NCBI GenBank assembly: GCA_945883395.1
Contig: CAMCXP010000003.1
Span: 1 to 49,630, forward strand
Length of the DNA: 49,630 bases
Direction: 5' to 3'
Source of the DNA: Melioribacter roseus P3M-2
GTDB lineage: Bacteria > Bacteroidota > Ignavibacteria > Kapaibacteriales > Kapaibacteriaceae
The translations under genes and the position numbers were made by a program. Below the pieces are notes generated by a model. It did no database searches. It had not been told where the DNA came from and saw only the letters and a list, made by a program, of their open reading frames with translations. Below, one piece after another: positions 1 through 8,745 of this stretch. Numbering within the stretch: the first letter of the stretch is position 1; each line of letters begins with the position of its first letter.

Positions 1-1
1 T

Positions 2-148
2 GGTCTCCTCAAAGCGAAGAATATCACCTGGAGAGAGACTGAATGTCGTCAAGGAAAGTCCACTATCAGTGGGACTTGTGGAATTCGAACATGCCATAAG
101 GCAGCATACCAAGACAATGACAGCGGCGGAGGAGAGTGCGAGGCGCAT
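2..148 (-). CDS. Lipoprotein, N-terminal part only (runs off the left edge)
   Basis: ATG at 148 reads MRLALSSAAVIVLVCCLMAC-SNSTSPTDS..., a signal peptide II with lipobox LMAC; frame is open to the window edge. Confidence 0.7.
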   Translation of the reverse strand, partial: MRLALSSAAVIVLVCCLMACSNSTSPTDSGLSLTTFSLSPGDILRFEET

Positions 149-181
149 ATGTTTGGAAGTATCGTGAGGGAATGCAAGGTG

Positions 182-1777
182 TTACAAGCTATGGAACATC
201 GCACGAAGAACTCCGCCATTCGACAGCTCAACAACTATCATGTAGAGTCCGGCCGATAGTTGCGGGATACGAATGCGCGTGCTTTCATCGTTCAGTGCAT
301 CGATCGACGTCTGATGTATGATGGTTCCGCGGAGGTCAATGAGCGACATTGTACCGCGGCACCCTGCTGGAAGGCCAGACAGTGCAACTGCGTCTACGTC
401 CTCACGCACTGTCAGGTTAGTCACATCGCGCACCTGATCAACAGAAGTCGCAGGTGATTCGATGAACGCCAGCATCGCCTGCGCATACCATCGTGCGAAA
501 TAGTCATTCGGATGGAGTGAGTTTGCAAGACAAGATTCGACGCCCTTTCGTGCAAACACAGCTTCGCTCAATGTCGTCATATCCAGCATGGCAACGCCGC
601 GCTGTGTTGTAAGCGATCGTAGTTCTGCTGCAAATGCACGAAGGATCGCAGCGCCGTCCCGTGGTGCTCCAGCCCCCGCCGTATCAGGAATCATGTTTGC
701 AAGCAGAAGAAACTCGGTGTTCGGCAGATGTTTGCGCACACTATCAATGCAGCGTTGTGCGTTGTGACGAAACTGTGCTGGCGTAGTCTGACCCCAGATG
801 TCATTCATGCCCATGTCGAGAATGATGAGGTCGGGCGCATTAGGTACCGCCAGTGGTACGATGTAGTTCGCTGCCCATTCGATCGTCTTGCCAGAGCACG
901 AGCTATTGTGCAGTGTAACAGCTGAGCGACCCTGTGCATGCAGTTCATCAGCAAGGAGCTCGCAGTATCCTCGCATATAGGGGGCTGCTGTAGGAAAGTT
1001 CTTTTGATCGACAAGCCCACCGCTCACATTGTGTCCACTCGTGATGCTCATCCCTACAGCTTGGATCGTCAACGGCGCACGTCGCGCAAGAATGCCCTCA
1101 ACGCCAGGGAGGGGATGCACGGTGGTAGGTGGGAACACCGATTCGGGAACTGTCCAAGTTGAACGATCCGGCACATAGGTAACGCGTGTCCATGACGTGT
1201 GCGACGTGTTCATCAGTCCGTTCGGAGAACCATTCCCACGCTTGCCAGGTGTGATGCTCACGGTACGTGAGACGCGAGCAGATTGTTGCTTGATCATGCG
1301 CCCCTCAACCGTCACGTCACTGCCAAGAGTGTACACGTCGCTACCATCGTAGTTGTCGATTCGTACAATACTGCGTGGATGGTAGAGAAGTGGCGCAGTC
1401 GATCCTACTCCATCGAGCAAGACATACTCGGAATAGATGGTATCGTTCGTGGGGAGGAAGAAGGATGAGAGAAGCTTCCATCGTTCCTCTCGCATCGGCT
1501 CCGTTGTATAGCTTGGGAACTCGTAGTATCCCCCCGACGTCGGTGTTACGTAGGCCCATGCGGCTCGAGCTGGGCTGCACGACCACTGTGCTTCTGCGGC
1601 ATTGACTGACATGAGCAGTGCGCCGGTCGAAGAGTAGAACGCGCACGATCCGCCGGCATAGTACATCGTTGATGGCGTTGCCGGCACTGATCCAGCAGGG
1701 ATTTGTGCTGCAACGTGCATATGCAGATACAAGAGCAGTGCACAACATGTGGCAAAGGTTCGGATGTTCAGTCGCAC
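182..1777 (-). CDS. Secreted SGNH/GDSL-family hydrolase with T9SS C-terminal-domain-like tail
   Basis: Block I VGMSIT, block III DMGMND, block V NSLHPND; C-terminus IDLRG...LSAGLYMIVV. Start moved from 1987 to GTG at 1777, just before the hydrophobic signal peptide, to avoid overlap with the divergent gene. Confidence 0.75.
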   Translation of the reverse strand: MRLNIRTFATCCALLLYLHMHVAAQIPAGSVPATPSTMYYAGGSCAFYSSTGALLMSVNAAEAQWSCSPARAAWAYVTPTSGGYYEFPSYTTEPMREERWKLLSSFFLPTNDTIYSEYVLLDGVGSTAPLLYHPRSIVRIDNYDGSDVYTLGSDVTVEGRMIKQQSARVSRTVSITPGKRGNGSPNGLMNTSHTSWTRVTYVPDRSTWTVPESVFPPTTVHPLPGVEGILARRAPLTIQAVGMSITSGHNVSGGLVDQKNFPTAAPYMRGYCELLADELHAQGRSAVTLHNSSCSGKTIEWAANYIVPLAVPNAPDLIILDMGMNDIWGQTTPAQFRHNAQRCIDSVRKHLPNTEFLLLANMIPDTAGAGAPRDGAAILRAFAAELRSLTTQRGVAMLDMTTLSEAVFARKGVESCLANSLHPNDYFARWYAQAMLAFIESPATSVDQVRDVTNLTVREDVDAVALSGLPAGCRGTMSLIDLRGTIIHQTSIDALNDESTRIRIPQLSAGLYMIVVELSNGGVLRAMFHSL

Positions 1778-1896
1778 AGCGTTCCTAGGCAACGTGAGTT
1801 GAGTTAGCAATGTACGTCTGTTTCGTAGTTTACACGCACTCTTTAGGTCTCGTAGGGCAGACTCGTAAGGGATCATCCGCGCAGGGGGGGCATGGC

Positions 1897-4800
1897 ATGG
1901 TGTGGCTACGCCATCACGTGATACGTATCGTTGGTATGTGCTGGTTACTGAGCACATCGACTGCGCTCGCCCAGGTACCATCGACAAACGGAACTGACTT
2001 CTGGCTGACCTTTATGCAGAACTCTGGTGTGCCGTCGACGTATCTGTTCCTGGGTGCTGATACGGCAGCTACAGCCAAGATCTACATGGGAAACACCCTG
2101 CTCGCTACTGTAGCAATTCCAAACGACGGAAACGTGGCGTATCCGGTGGTGGCCGCGGGAGCGACCATAACCACGAGCGACGTGATCTCTGTCGGCAAAG
2201 CGATACGTGTTACCAGCGATCGGCCAATCTCGCTTAGTCTATTCAATACACTCTCGACGAGCACCGATGCTACGATCGTCTACCCGGTGCCAGCGCTTGG
2301 CGATCGCTACGTTGTGCCTTCGTATCGTCACTATGCGAGTGCTAATTGGTCGAGTCAGGTAGCCGTTGTGAGCTATCAAGACGGAACGGTGGTGGAGATC
2401 ACGCCAACAGCAGAGATCAAACGCACAGGCGGTGGATCGCGTCCGGCGAATACGCCGTTTCAGATCACACTGAACCGCGGCGATGTGTACCAGTTTCAAA
2501 CAGTACGTTCGCCAGACGATCTGACTGGTACCCAGATTCGGGTGGTCGCTGGTGGATCATCATGCAGTGGGGTTGCGGTGTTTAGCGGACATCAGCGAAC
2601 TACGGTGCCATTTACGTCGAATCAAACGCGTGATCACTTAGTCGAGCAGATACCACCGACGCGCTCGTTGGGGAAGACGTTCGTTGTGCCCCCGGTTGCC
2701 TATGCTACCAAGCATGTGGTGCGCATAATCGCATCTGAGCCGGCAACGACGGTGACCTTTGATGGAACTGTTGCATCGATTGCGCAGACAGGGGGCTTCC
2801 TTGAGTACACGGTAAATGCGCAGACGTTCCATACTATTGAAACTGATAAGCCTGCACTTGTCGCGCTGTACGCGATGTCCTGGACGGACGGTTTCGATCT
2901 CGTGCGGGGTGTCGGCGATCCGTTCATGGTGATCATTCCACCAATTGAACAGCGCACCAAGTACTTCACGGTCAACGCCTTTGTACCGCCAACATCCACG
3001 CAGCCACTGGTGGTCAATAACTGGCAGCAGAATCTCTACTTAGCGTTGATTGCTGATGCGAATGACATAAATCAGATTGCGCTTAACGGACTCGCACTAT
3101 CGTCGCTTGTAGGTAAGACCACGTTGCCTCGCGTGTATAACACAACGCCCATCGACGCAACGCGTACATGCGTCACGATCAATGTGCCAGAGGGTGTCCA
3201 CACTGTTAACGCGCGCAGTGGGAAAGGTGTTGTCGGCATCTTCTATGGCTTGTCGACGTTTGATTCGTATGGCTTTCTTGCTGGATCCGACTTCGCAAAT
3301 CTTCGTACAACGATTCGTGTGGCGGATACTCCGTATTGTCTCGGACGTGAGCTGACGTTCATCGCAGAGAGCCAGGATTCGGCTGATATCTCTCGGTATG
3401 CATGGTACTTCAACCACGATCAGTCAACCGCAGAAGGCAAGCGCGTAACGCGGCGATTCACAAAGCCCGGTCAGTACACGGTGCGAGTAGTTTCGACACG
3501 CCTTGGTTGCTTCACTGACACCTCGAGTATAACATTCACCGTGAGTCAGCCGGTGGTGCTCAACGTGAGCGCACTGTCGACCTCTCTATGTGCCGGACAA
3601 GACATTGTGGCGCAGGCGCGTGTGCCTGATTCGCTTCGCATTCGTTCGATCCGATGGGACGTTGCACGTGGTCGCGCCCAGGCACGAACGGATACCACGA
3701 AGAGCACAGTGCGGTACAGCGTCGCAGATACTGGGACCGTAGTGCTGCGTGTACTCGTGGTCGATACCAATGGGTGTGAAGCAGTCGACAGCGTACGTAT
3801 ACGTGTTCATCCGCTTCCTGTGGTGGACGTTCTTGATACCCTGCGTATATGTGAAGGACGGGATACATCGGTAACCGTTCGTGCGCCGGTCGGTCCTGGA
3901 TACACGTATCAATGGTCTGGTCGGGATGAGGTAAGTCGACGCACCATCTATGGTGCGCGCAACCTGCCCGTTGTTGGACTTCGTTGCGCCACAGCTGGAC
4001 GTATTCTTCTGGATCTCGTGGTGACGAATCAATTCGGGTGCAAGACTATCGACTCGGTGATTGTGATCGTCCACGATCTACCGCGTATCACCATTGGCTC
4101 CGACCGAGCTGTTGTGAGCTGTGTTGAAGGCGAAGTGCCGGAGGTTGTGCTTGGCGATAGCTTACGCATCGATGGGGGAGACCCTCCATATCGCTATCAA
4201 TGGTCGGAGGCATCGGGCGGTAGCACGTCGATTGTTACGTCAACGACATCTCCGAGCATTCGCGTACGGCCGACGGTTACCACAACGTATGTTCTTCGTG
4301 TAACCGATAGTAGGCGTCCTTCAGCATGTACGTCGGTGCGTCAGTTCACGGTGGAAGTCAGCGATCGGCCAGTTGCTGATGCCGGACCGGATCTCGTGAT
4401 TTGTGCATGCGATACCGCTCGCCGCATGATCGGCTTCGATACGCAATGCGGTGTTCCGCCGTTCCGCTATGTATGGACTCCCACAACGGGTCTAACGAAC
4501 CCTACCTCGACCACCACTGCAACAACAGAGGCACGACCATCGGTAACCACAACCTACGTGCTCCAGGTCTCCGACGCTCGCAATATCACCGTGTTCGACA
4601 CCATCGACGTTGCCATTGCGCCGTGCCCAACCGTAGAGCTTGAGCCCGTTGTGTATGCATGCGCGGAAGGCGATGCAACGATTAGGGTAGGCGGAACAGC
4701 TCAGTCGCTCGGATCAACAATTCGCTGGGAACCGTCAACACTTGTTGATGACACAACATCCTTCACGCCGCGCATCACACTCCCATCACGCATGGATTCG

Positions 4801-6666
4801 ATTGTCCTCACAGCAACTGTCGTTACACCCGAGGGTTGTCGTGGCGCGGGAGCAACTGTGGTGCGACGTGCAGACTCCATACGAGTTGATGCGGTTGCGT
4901 CGCCCTCGTGTGCTACCGACACTGTGTGTCGAGGTGATAGTGTTGCGCTTGATGCCATCGTCACAACAGATGCTGCTGTAAGCAGTGTAACGTGGACAAT
5001 CGACAACGGCATCGTGATGCAGGGGGCACGCGTCTCCGTGCGAGTGAACGAAGATACCCGTTGCATTGTCGACGTGATTACAGCGCAAGGTTGTCGTGCA
5101 ACTGATACAGTTGACGTGTGTGTAGCGACACGGCCAAACCTAATTCTGCGCGACACTGCAGTGTGTGTTGCGAATCGTGGCGCGATTGATGTTCGGGTCC
5201 CAGCACCTGTGGCAACGTGTGGCATCGCACCGTTCGTCTATACATGGGAGCCCGCCTCGGCTGTGCGTGTGCCAAATCCGAATGAGCCATGGAACGCCAT
5301 CGTGCAGACAGATACCACGATGGACATCATCGTGCGAGTTACCGATGATGCTGGTGCCGGCGTGTCAACCGTTGATACGATGCGTATCACGATCGGTCGA
5401 CCGCCAGTGCTTGATCCACTGCCAGATACCGTGATTGTCTGTGGTGCAGGTGATGCTCCGGATGTCCGCGTTCGCGTGCATGGCGCATGGCAGTCAGGTG
5501 TGGCTGTGTGGACGGTTGGTGGTGATACAATCTCCATCGTTCCGTTGGTGCCGTTCAATGCAATACTGCAGGTCCCTACTGCTCTTGTGCCTTCTGTTCG
5601 GGTTCAAACGGTGTATCTCGATGTTGTCACAGACGGTGCGTGTAGGACACGTGATTCACTTGTCCTTGCCGTGTATGATCCACCACGTGTTGACCTGCGC
5701 ACGCAGACGTCAAGCTGTCCTTGCGACTCTGTAGTAATCGTTGCCGACATCGCCACATCAAGCAGCATTAGGTCAGTTGTATGGTATGCCGACGAGATCG
5801 ACCCCGATACAAGCGGACCGGTGATTGTTGCTGTCGATACGAACGCGGTTGCTGTACAACCTCGTGGCCGCACGATCTATCGCGTACACGTAACAGATGT
5901 GCGCGGATGTTTGCGTGTCGCGAGTATTCTGCTCGAGACTGGTTCGGCTGCAGTGGTCCCAACCATCCGCATCGACACAGTGCGCACGCCGCCGCTTCGT
6001 GACGAAGTTGCAATTCCGTTGCTGTTAGAGGGGGCCCGCCAGGGATTAACCTGCGAGCAGACGACTGTTCGTTGCACGCTTACGTATGACGAGTCGTTGT
6101 TCGAGCCATTTCCTCGACTTGACTATGGCGCGATCATGCAGAACACGGTTGAGGTTCGTAATGGTCTGCGACAACGTGTTCTCGTGCTGGAGCTTCCGTA
6201 CCGCGGTGCAACCGGTGATGTTGACACACTCACGGTTCTTCGTGGTCGAGCACTCATTGGCTATCCGGGCAGAACGCCACTCACGCTTCAGGACATCGTC
6301 TGGAACAACGGATGTGTTGAAGTGCCTGGAGCCGGAGTTGCTGGTGAGCTTGTACTTGATTCTCTCTGTGAGACGCCCGATGGTGCTCGCCGACTGCTGG
6401 TCTTCAATGCTGTGCCCTCACTGCGCGCGCATCCGCATCCCGTGCGTGATGTCGTGACGTTCGATGTTGCCGCGTGTGAACCAGGTGTACATCGACTCGA
6501 GATCTTGGATCTCGATGGTCGGATCGCATCCTCAGCGTCTGTTGTTGTCTCCCCCCAAGGTCGCGCGCAACACACGATGACGTTGCCCCTACTGCAGGGT
6601 GTCTACGTCGCTACGCTTCGTTCGTCCGGCTGCGTCTGCCGAGAACTCCTTGTGATTCACCGGTAA
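1897..6666 (+). CDS. Giant T9SS-secreted surface protein: IgGFc-binding-like N-terminal domain, PKD domain, Ig-like stalk repeats, cohesin-like domain, CTD
   Basis: Signal peptide ending ALA-Q; GTDFWLTFMQN, DATIVYPVPALG, DHLVEQIPP, GDPFMVIIPP, SYGF motifs of the IgGFc-binding N-terminal family; repeated W-x-P...TTTYVL...GC stalk units; C-terminal AHPHPV...ILDLDGR...GVYVATL. Start ATG 1897 preferred over 1810. Confidence 0.85.
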   Translation: MVWLRHHVIRIVGMCWLLSTSTALAQVPSTNGTDFWLTFMQNSGVPSTYLFLGADTAATAKIYMGNTLLATVAIPNDGNVAYPVVAAGATITTSDVISVGKAIRVTSDRPISLSLFNTLSTSTDATIVYPVPALGDRYVVPSYRHYASANWSSQVAVVSYQDGTVVEITPTAEIKRTGGGSRPANTPFQITLNRGDVYQFQTVRSPDDLTGTQIRVVAGGSSCSGVAVFSGHQRTTVPFTSNQTRDHLVEQIPPTRSLGKTFVVPPVAYATKHVVRIIASEPATTVTFDGTVASIAQTGGFLEYTVNAQTFHTIETDKPALVALYAMSWTDGFDLVRGVGDPFMVIIPPIEQRTKYFTVNAFVPPTSTQPLVVNNWQQNLYLALIADANDINQIALNGLALSSLVGKTTLPRVYNTTPIDATRTCVTINVPEGVHTVNARSGKGVVGIFYGLSTFDSYGFLAGSDFANLRTTIRVADTPYCLGRELTFIAESQDSADISRYAWYFNHDQSTAEGKRVTRRFTKPGQYTVRVVSTRLGCFTDTSSITFTVSQPVVLNVSALSTSLCAGQDIVAQARVPDSLRIRSIRWDVARGRAQARTDTTKSTVRYSVADTGTVVLRVLVVDTNGCEAVDSVRIRVHPLPVVDVLDTLRICEGRDTSVTVRAPVGPGYTYQWSGRDEVSRRTIYGARNLPVVGLRCATAGRILLDLVVTNQFGCKTIDSVIVIVHDLPRITIGSDRAVVSCVEGEVPEVVLGDSLRIDGGDPPYRYQWSEASGGSTSIVTSTTSPSIRVRPTVTTTYVLRVTDSRRPSACTSVRQFTVEVSDRPVADAGPDLVICACDTARRMIGFDTQCGVPPFRYVWTPTTGLTNPTSTTTATTEARPSVTTTYVLQVSDARNITVFDTIDVAIAPCPTVELEPVVYACAEGDATIRVGGTAQSLGSTIRWEPSTLVDDTTSFTPRITLPSRMDSIVLTATVVTPEGCRGAGATVVRRADSIRVDAVASPSCATDTVCRGDSVALDAIVTTDAAVSSVTWTIDNGIVMQGARVSVRVNEDTRCIVDVITAQGCRATDTVDVCVATRPNLILRDTAVCVANRGAIDVRVPAPVATCGIAPFVYTWEPASAVRVPNPNEPWNAIVQTDTTMDIIVRVTDDAGAGVSTVDTMRITIGRPPVLDPLPDTVIVCGAGDAPDVRVRVHGAWQSGVAVWTVGGDTISIVPLVPFNAILQVPTALVPSVRVQTVYLDVVTDGACRTRDSLVLAVYDPPRVDLRTQTSSCPCDSVVIVADIATSSSIRSVVWYADEIDPDTSGPVIVAVDTNAVAVQPRGRTIYRVHVTDVRGCLRVASILLETGSAAVVPTIRIDTVRTPPLRDEVAIPLLLEGARQGLTCEQTTVRCTLTYDESLFEPFPRLDYGAIMQNTVEVRNGLRQRVLVLELPYRGATGDVDTLTVLRGRALIGYPGRTPLTLQDIVWNNGCVEVPGAGVAGELVLDSLCETPDGARRLLVFNAVPSLRAHPHPVRDVVTFDVAACEPGVHRLEILDLDGRIASSASVVVSPQGRAQHTMTLPLLQGVYVATLRSSGCVCRELLVIHR

Positions 6667-6670
6667 CCAC

Positions 6671-8743
6671 ATGCGCCGAATGCTTGCCACCATAGCTGCT
6701 CTCGTCGTGATATGCGTGCATTGCATGGTCGCACAACCATGGCGTGGCGGTGCGGAGCTCACTGGTAGCATGCTGATGCCGCGGTCGACATTGAGCGAGC
6801 TTCCATCGTTCCCGACATGTTGTCAGACGTTGAATCCGACGAGCGGATGGGCGCTCGGATTGCGTGGTGTGCTTGTCCGTGACGTTGCGCCCGCATTATC
6901 GCTCGAAGCACAGCTTGGCATCTCATATGGTCAGCTTCGCCTTGCTCGTACAGAGTCGATTGGTTTTGCACTTGATGGCACAGATAATCAGGCGACAGTG
7001 ATCACGACACTCACGGAGACGTCGCTCGCGCTCGCGTTAGGCAGTGTTGAGACGCGCTTGCTTGCAGCATGGGCGCCACTATCGTCCGCGCCGGGCTTGC
7101 ACTTCGCTGGCGGTGTTGGAGGTTATCTGCCGCTGTATGCACGATTGCGCCAGGCTGAACAGTTGCTTTCACCAACGACGGCCGTGTTTAGTGATACCCG
7201 AACACGAGAACGTCTCACTGTCGATACAACAGTGGCAAGTGTCGTGTCGTCCTGGCTATCGGCGCAGCTTGGCGTCGGCGTGTACCTTCCAATGTCGGAC
7301 AACATTGATCTCCGTGCTCGACTGATGGTCGAGTTACCGCTTTCGTCTCTCGCGGGTGATGGAACACGCGTGCTCTCTCTTGGAGGGGTGCGACTCGACC
7401 TCCTGGCGATGTGGAAGTCGATACCCAAGCCTGTACAAATGGATACGCAGCATATTGACAATCCGATTCCTGTCTCTCGCCCTCTCGCGGTTACGACAAA
7501 CCTGATTGCAATGGCCCCATCTCCGGCTGGCACAATCGTGGTGCAGATAGATGAGCAATTTGATGTTGATATTCACGCGTTGCTGCCATTCGTGTTCTTC
7601 GATGTTGGGTCTGCACAGATCCCAGAGCGCTATGCTGGGAATGTTGATCCTTCGACCTTTCATGAACGTGCAGTTGTCTATCAGAAGCGCGCCGAACAGG
7701 CGTCGGTGGCCGACCGAACGCTGGCGGTCTATTATCACATTCTCGACATCGTTGGACGTCGACTCCGCGATGAGTATCCATCGGCTCGACTCACGGTAGC
7801 TGGATACGTTGATGATCAGGGAGTCGAAACAGGGAATGTGCGTCTTGCCAAGAGACGTGCTGAGACGGTTGTACAGTATCTCACATCGAGGTGGCAGATA
7901 GCATCGGAGCGGATCAGTATCGTATCTGGTATCCGCTCGCCAACAGCTGCGGTCACATCGATGCCCGACGTACAAGATCGACGTGATGGATATGAGGAGA
8001 ACAGACGTGTCGAGCTGTCTTCGACCATAGCTGCTGTGCTCGATCCGGTCGTCGTCGCTGATACAACACGAGTGATGACGCTGCCACCTATGAGCTCATC
8101 TGTTATTGCCACGGACGTTCGTGGCGCGACGTTGAAGACCTGGTGGAACACTGATCAGGACTCTGTGCGACAAGTCCTGCAGGCAGATGTCGGAGATGTT
8201 GATGATTGGCTTGAAGCTGGAGAAGGGCCGCATCTTCAGCGCATTGATGTTCGCTTCTCCGATCCGCTCCAACGTGTCAGGAGGGTCCAGTATAATGCTC
8301 TCGTGAGACGCCAAGCGGATTCGGCATTTGCGTCATCAGTATTGCCTGTGCGATACGACGTACAAGCACGTAGGCGGTACTCCGGAGATGCTGATAGCAC
8401 TGAGAGTCGTTTCATGCTGACGCAGTTCGAGTACGGTACCGGTAGAATGCTTGCTGTCCAGTCGTCTATCATCGACCGTTACATCAACCCTGAGATTACG
8501 CCACGCACATCAATCACGATCACAGGTTTTACTGATAGGAAAGGTGATGCAACGCGGAATGCCGAACTCTCAATTCTGCGTGCACGCGAAGCGTCCGCAA
8601 CAATCGTTGGGGGAGCGAAGCGGGCTATCCTAGGCGAAGGGGAGGCCGGCTCATCTGCAAGACCACCGTTCGTCAATCAGTTGCCTGAGACGCGACTCTA
8701 CAATCGCACGGTCGAGATCTTGCTACGAACGCCGATTCGCTGA
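6671..8743 (+). CDS. Outer-membrane beta-barrel fused to two OmpA-like peptidoglycan-binding domains
   Basis: Signal peptide, about 230 aa of amphipathic beta strands, OmpA-like domain 1 (FVFFDVGS...GYVD...LAKRRAETV...ENRRVEL) and domain 2 (ITGFTDRKG...LSILRA...NRTVEI). Confidence 0.85.
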   Translation: MRRMLATIAALVVICVHCMVAQPWRGGAELTGSMLMPRSTLSELPSFPTCCQTLNPTSGWALGLRGVLVRDVAPALSLEAQLGISYGQLRLARTESIGFALDGTDNQATVITTLTETSLALALGSVETRLLAAWAPLSSAPGLHFAGGVGGYLPLYARLRQAEQLLSPTTAVFSDTRTRERLTVDTTVASVVSSWLSAQLGVGVYLPMSDNIDLRARLMVELPLSSLAGDGTRVLSLGGVRLDLLAMWKSIPKPVQMDTQHIDNPIPVSRPLAVTTNLIAMAPSPAGTIVVQIDEQFDVDIHALLPFVFFDVGSAQIPERYAGNVDPSTFHERAVVYQKRAEQASVADRTLAVYYHILDIVGRRLRDEYPSARLTVAGYVDDQGVETGNVRLAKRRAETVVQYLTSRWQIASERISIVSGIRSPTAAVTSMPDVQDRRDGYEENRRVELSSTIAAVLDPVVVADTTRVMTLPPMSSSVIATDVRGATLKTWWNTDQDSVRQVLQADVGDVDDWLEAGEGPHLQRIDVRFSDPLQRVRRVQYNALVRRQADSAFASSVLPVRYDVQARRRYSGDADSTESRFMLTQFEYGTGRMLAVQSSIIDRYINPEITPRTSITITGFTDRKGDATRNAELSILRAREASATIVGGAKRAILGEGEAGSSARPPFVNQLPETRLYNRTVEILLRTPIR

Positions 8744-8745
8744 TC

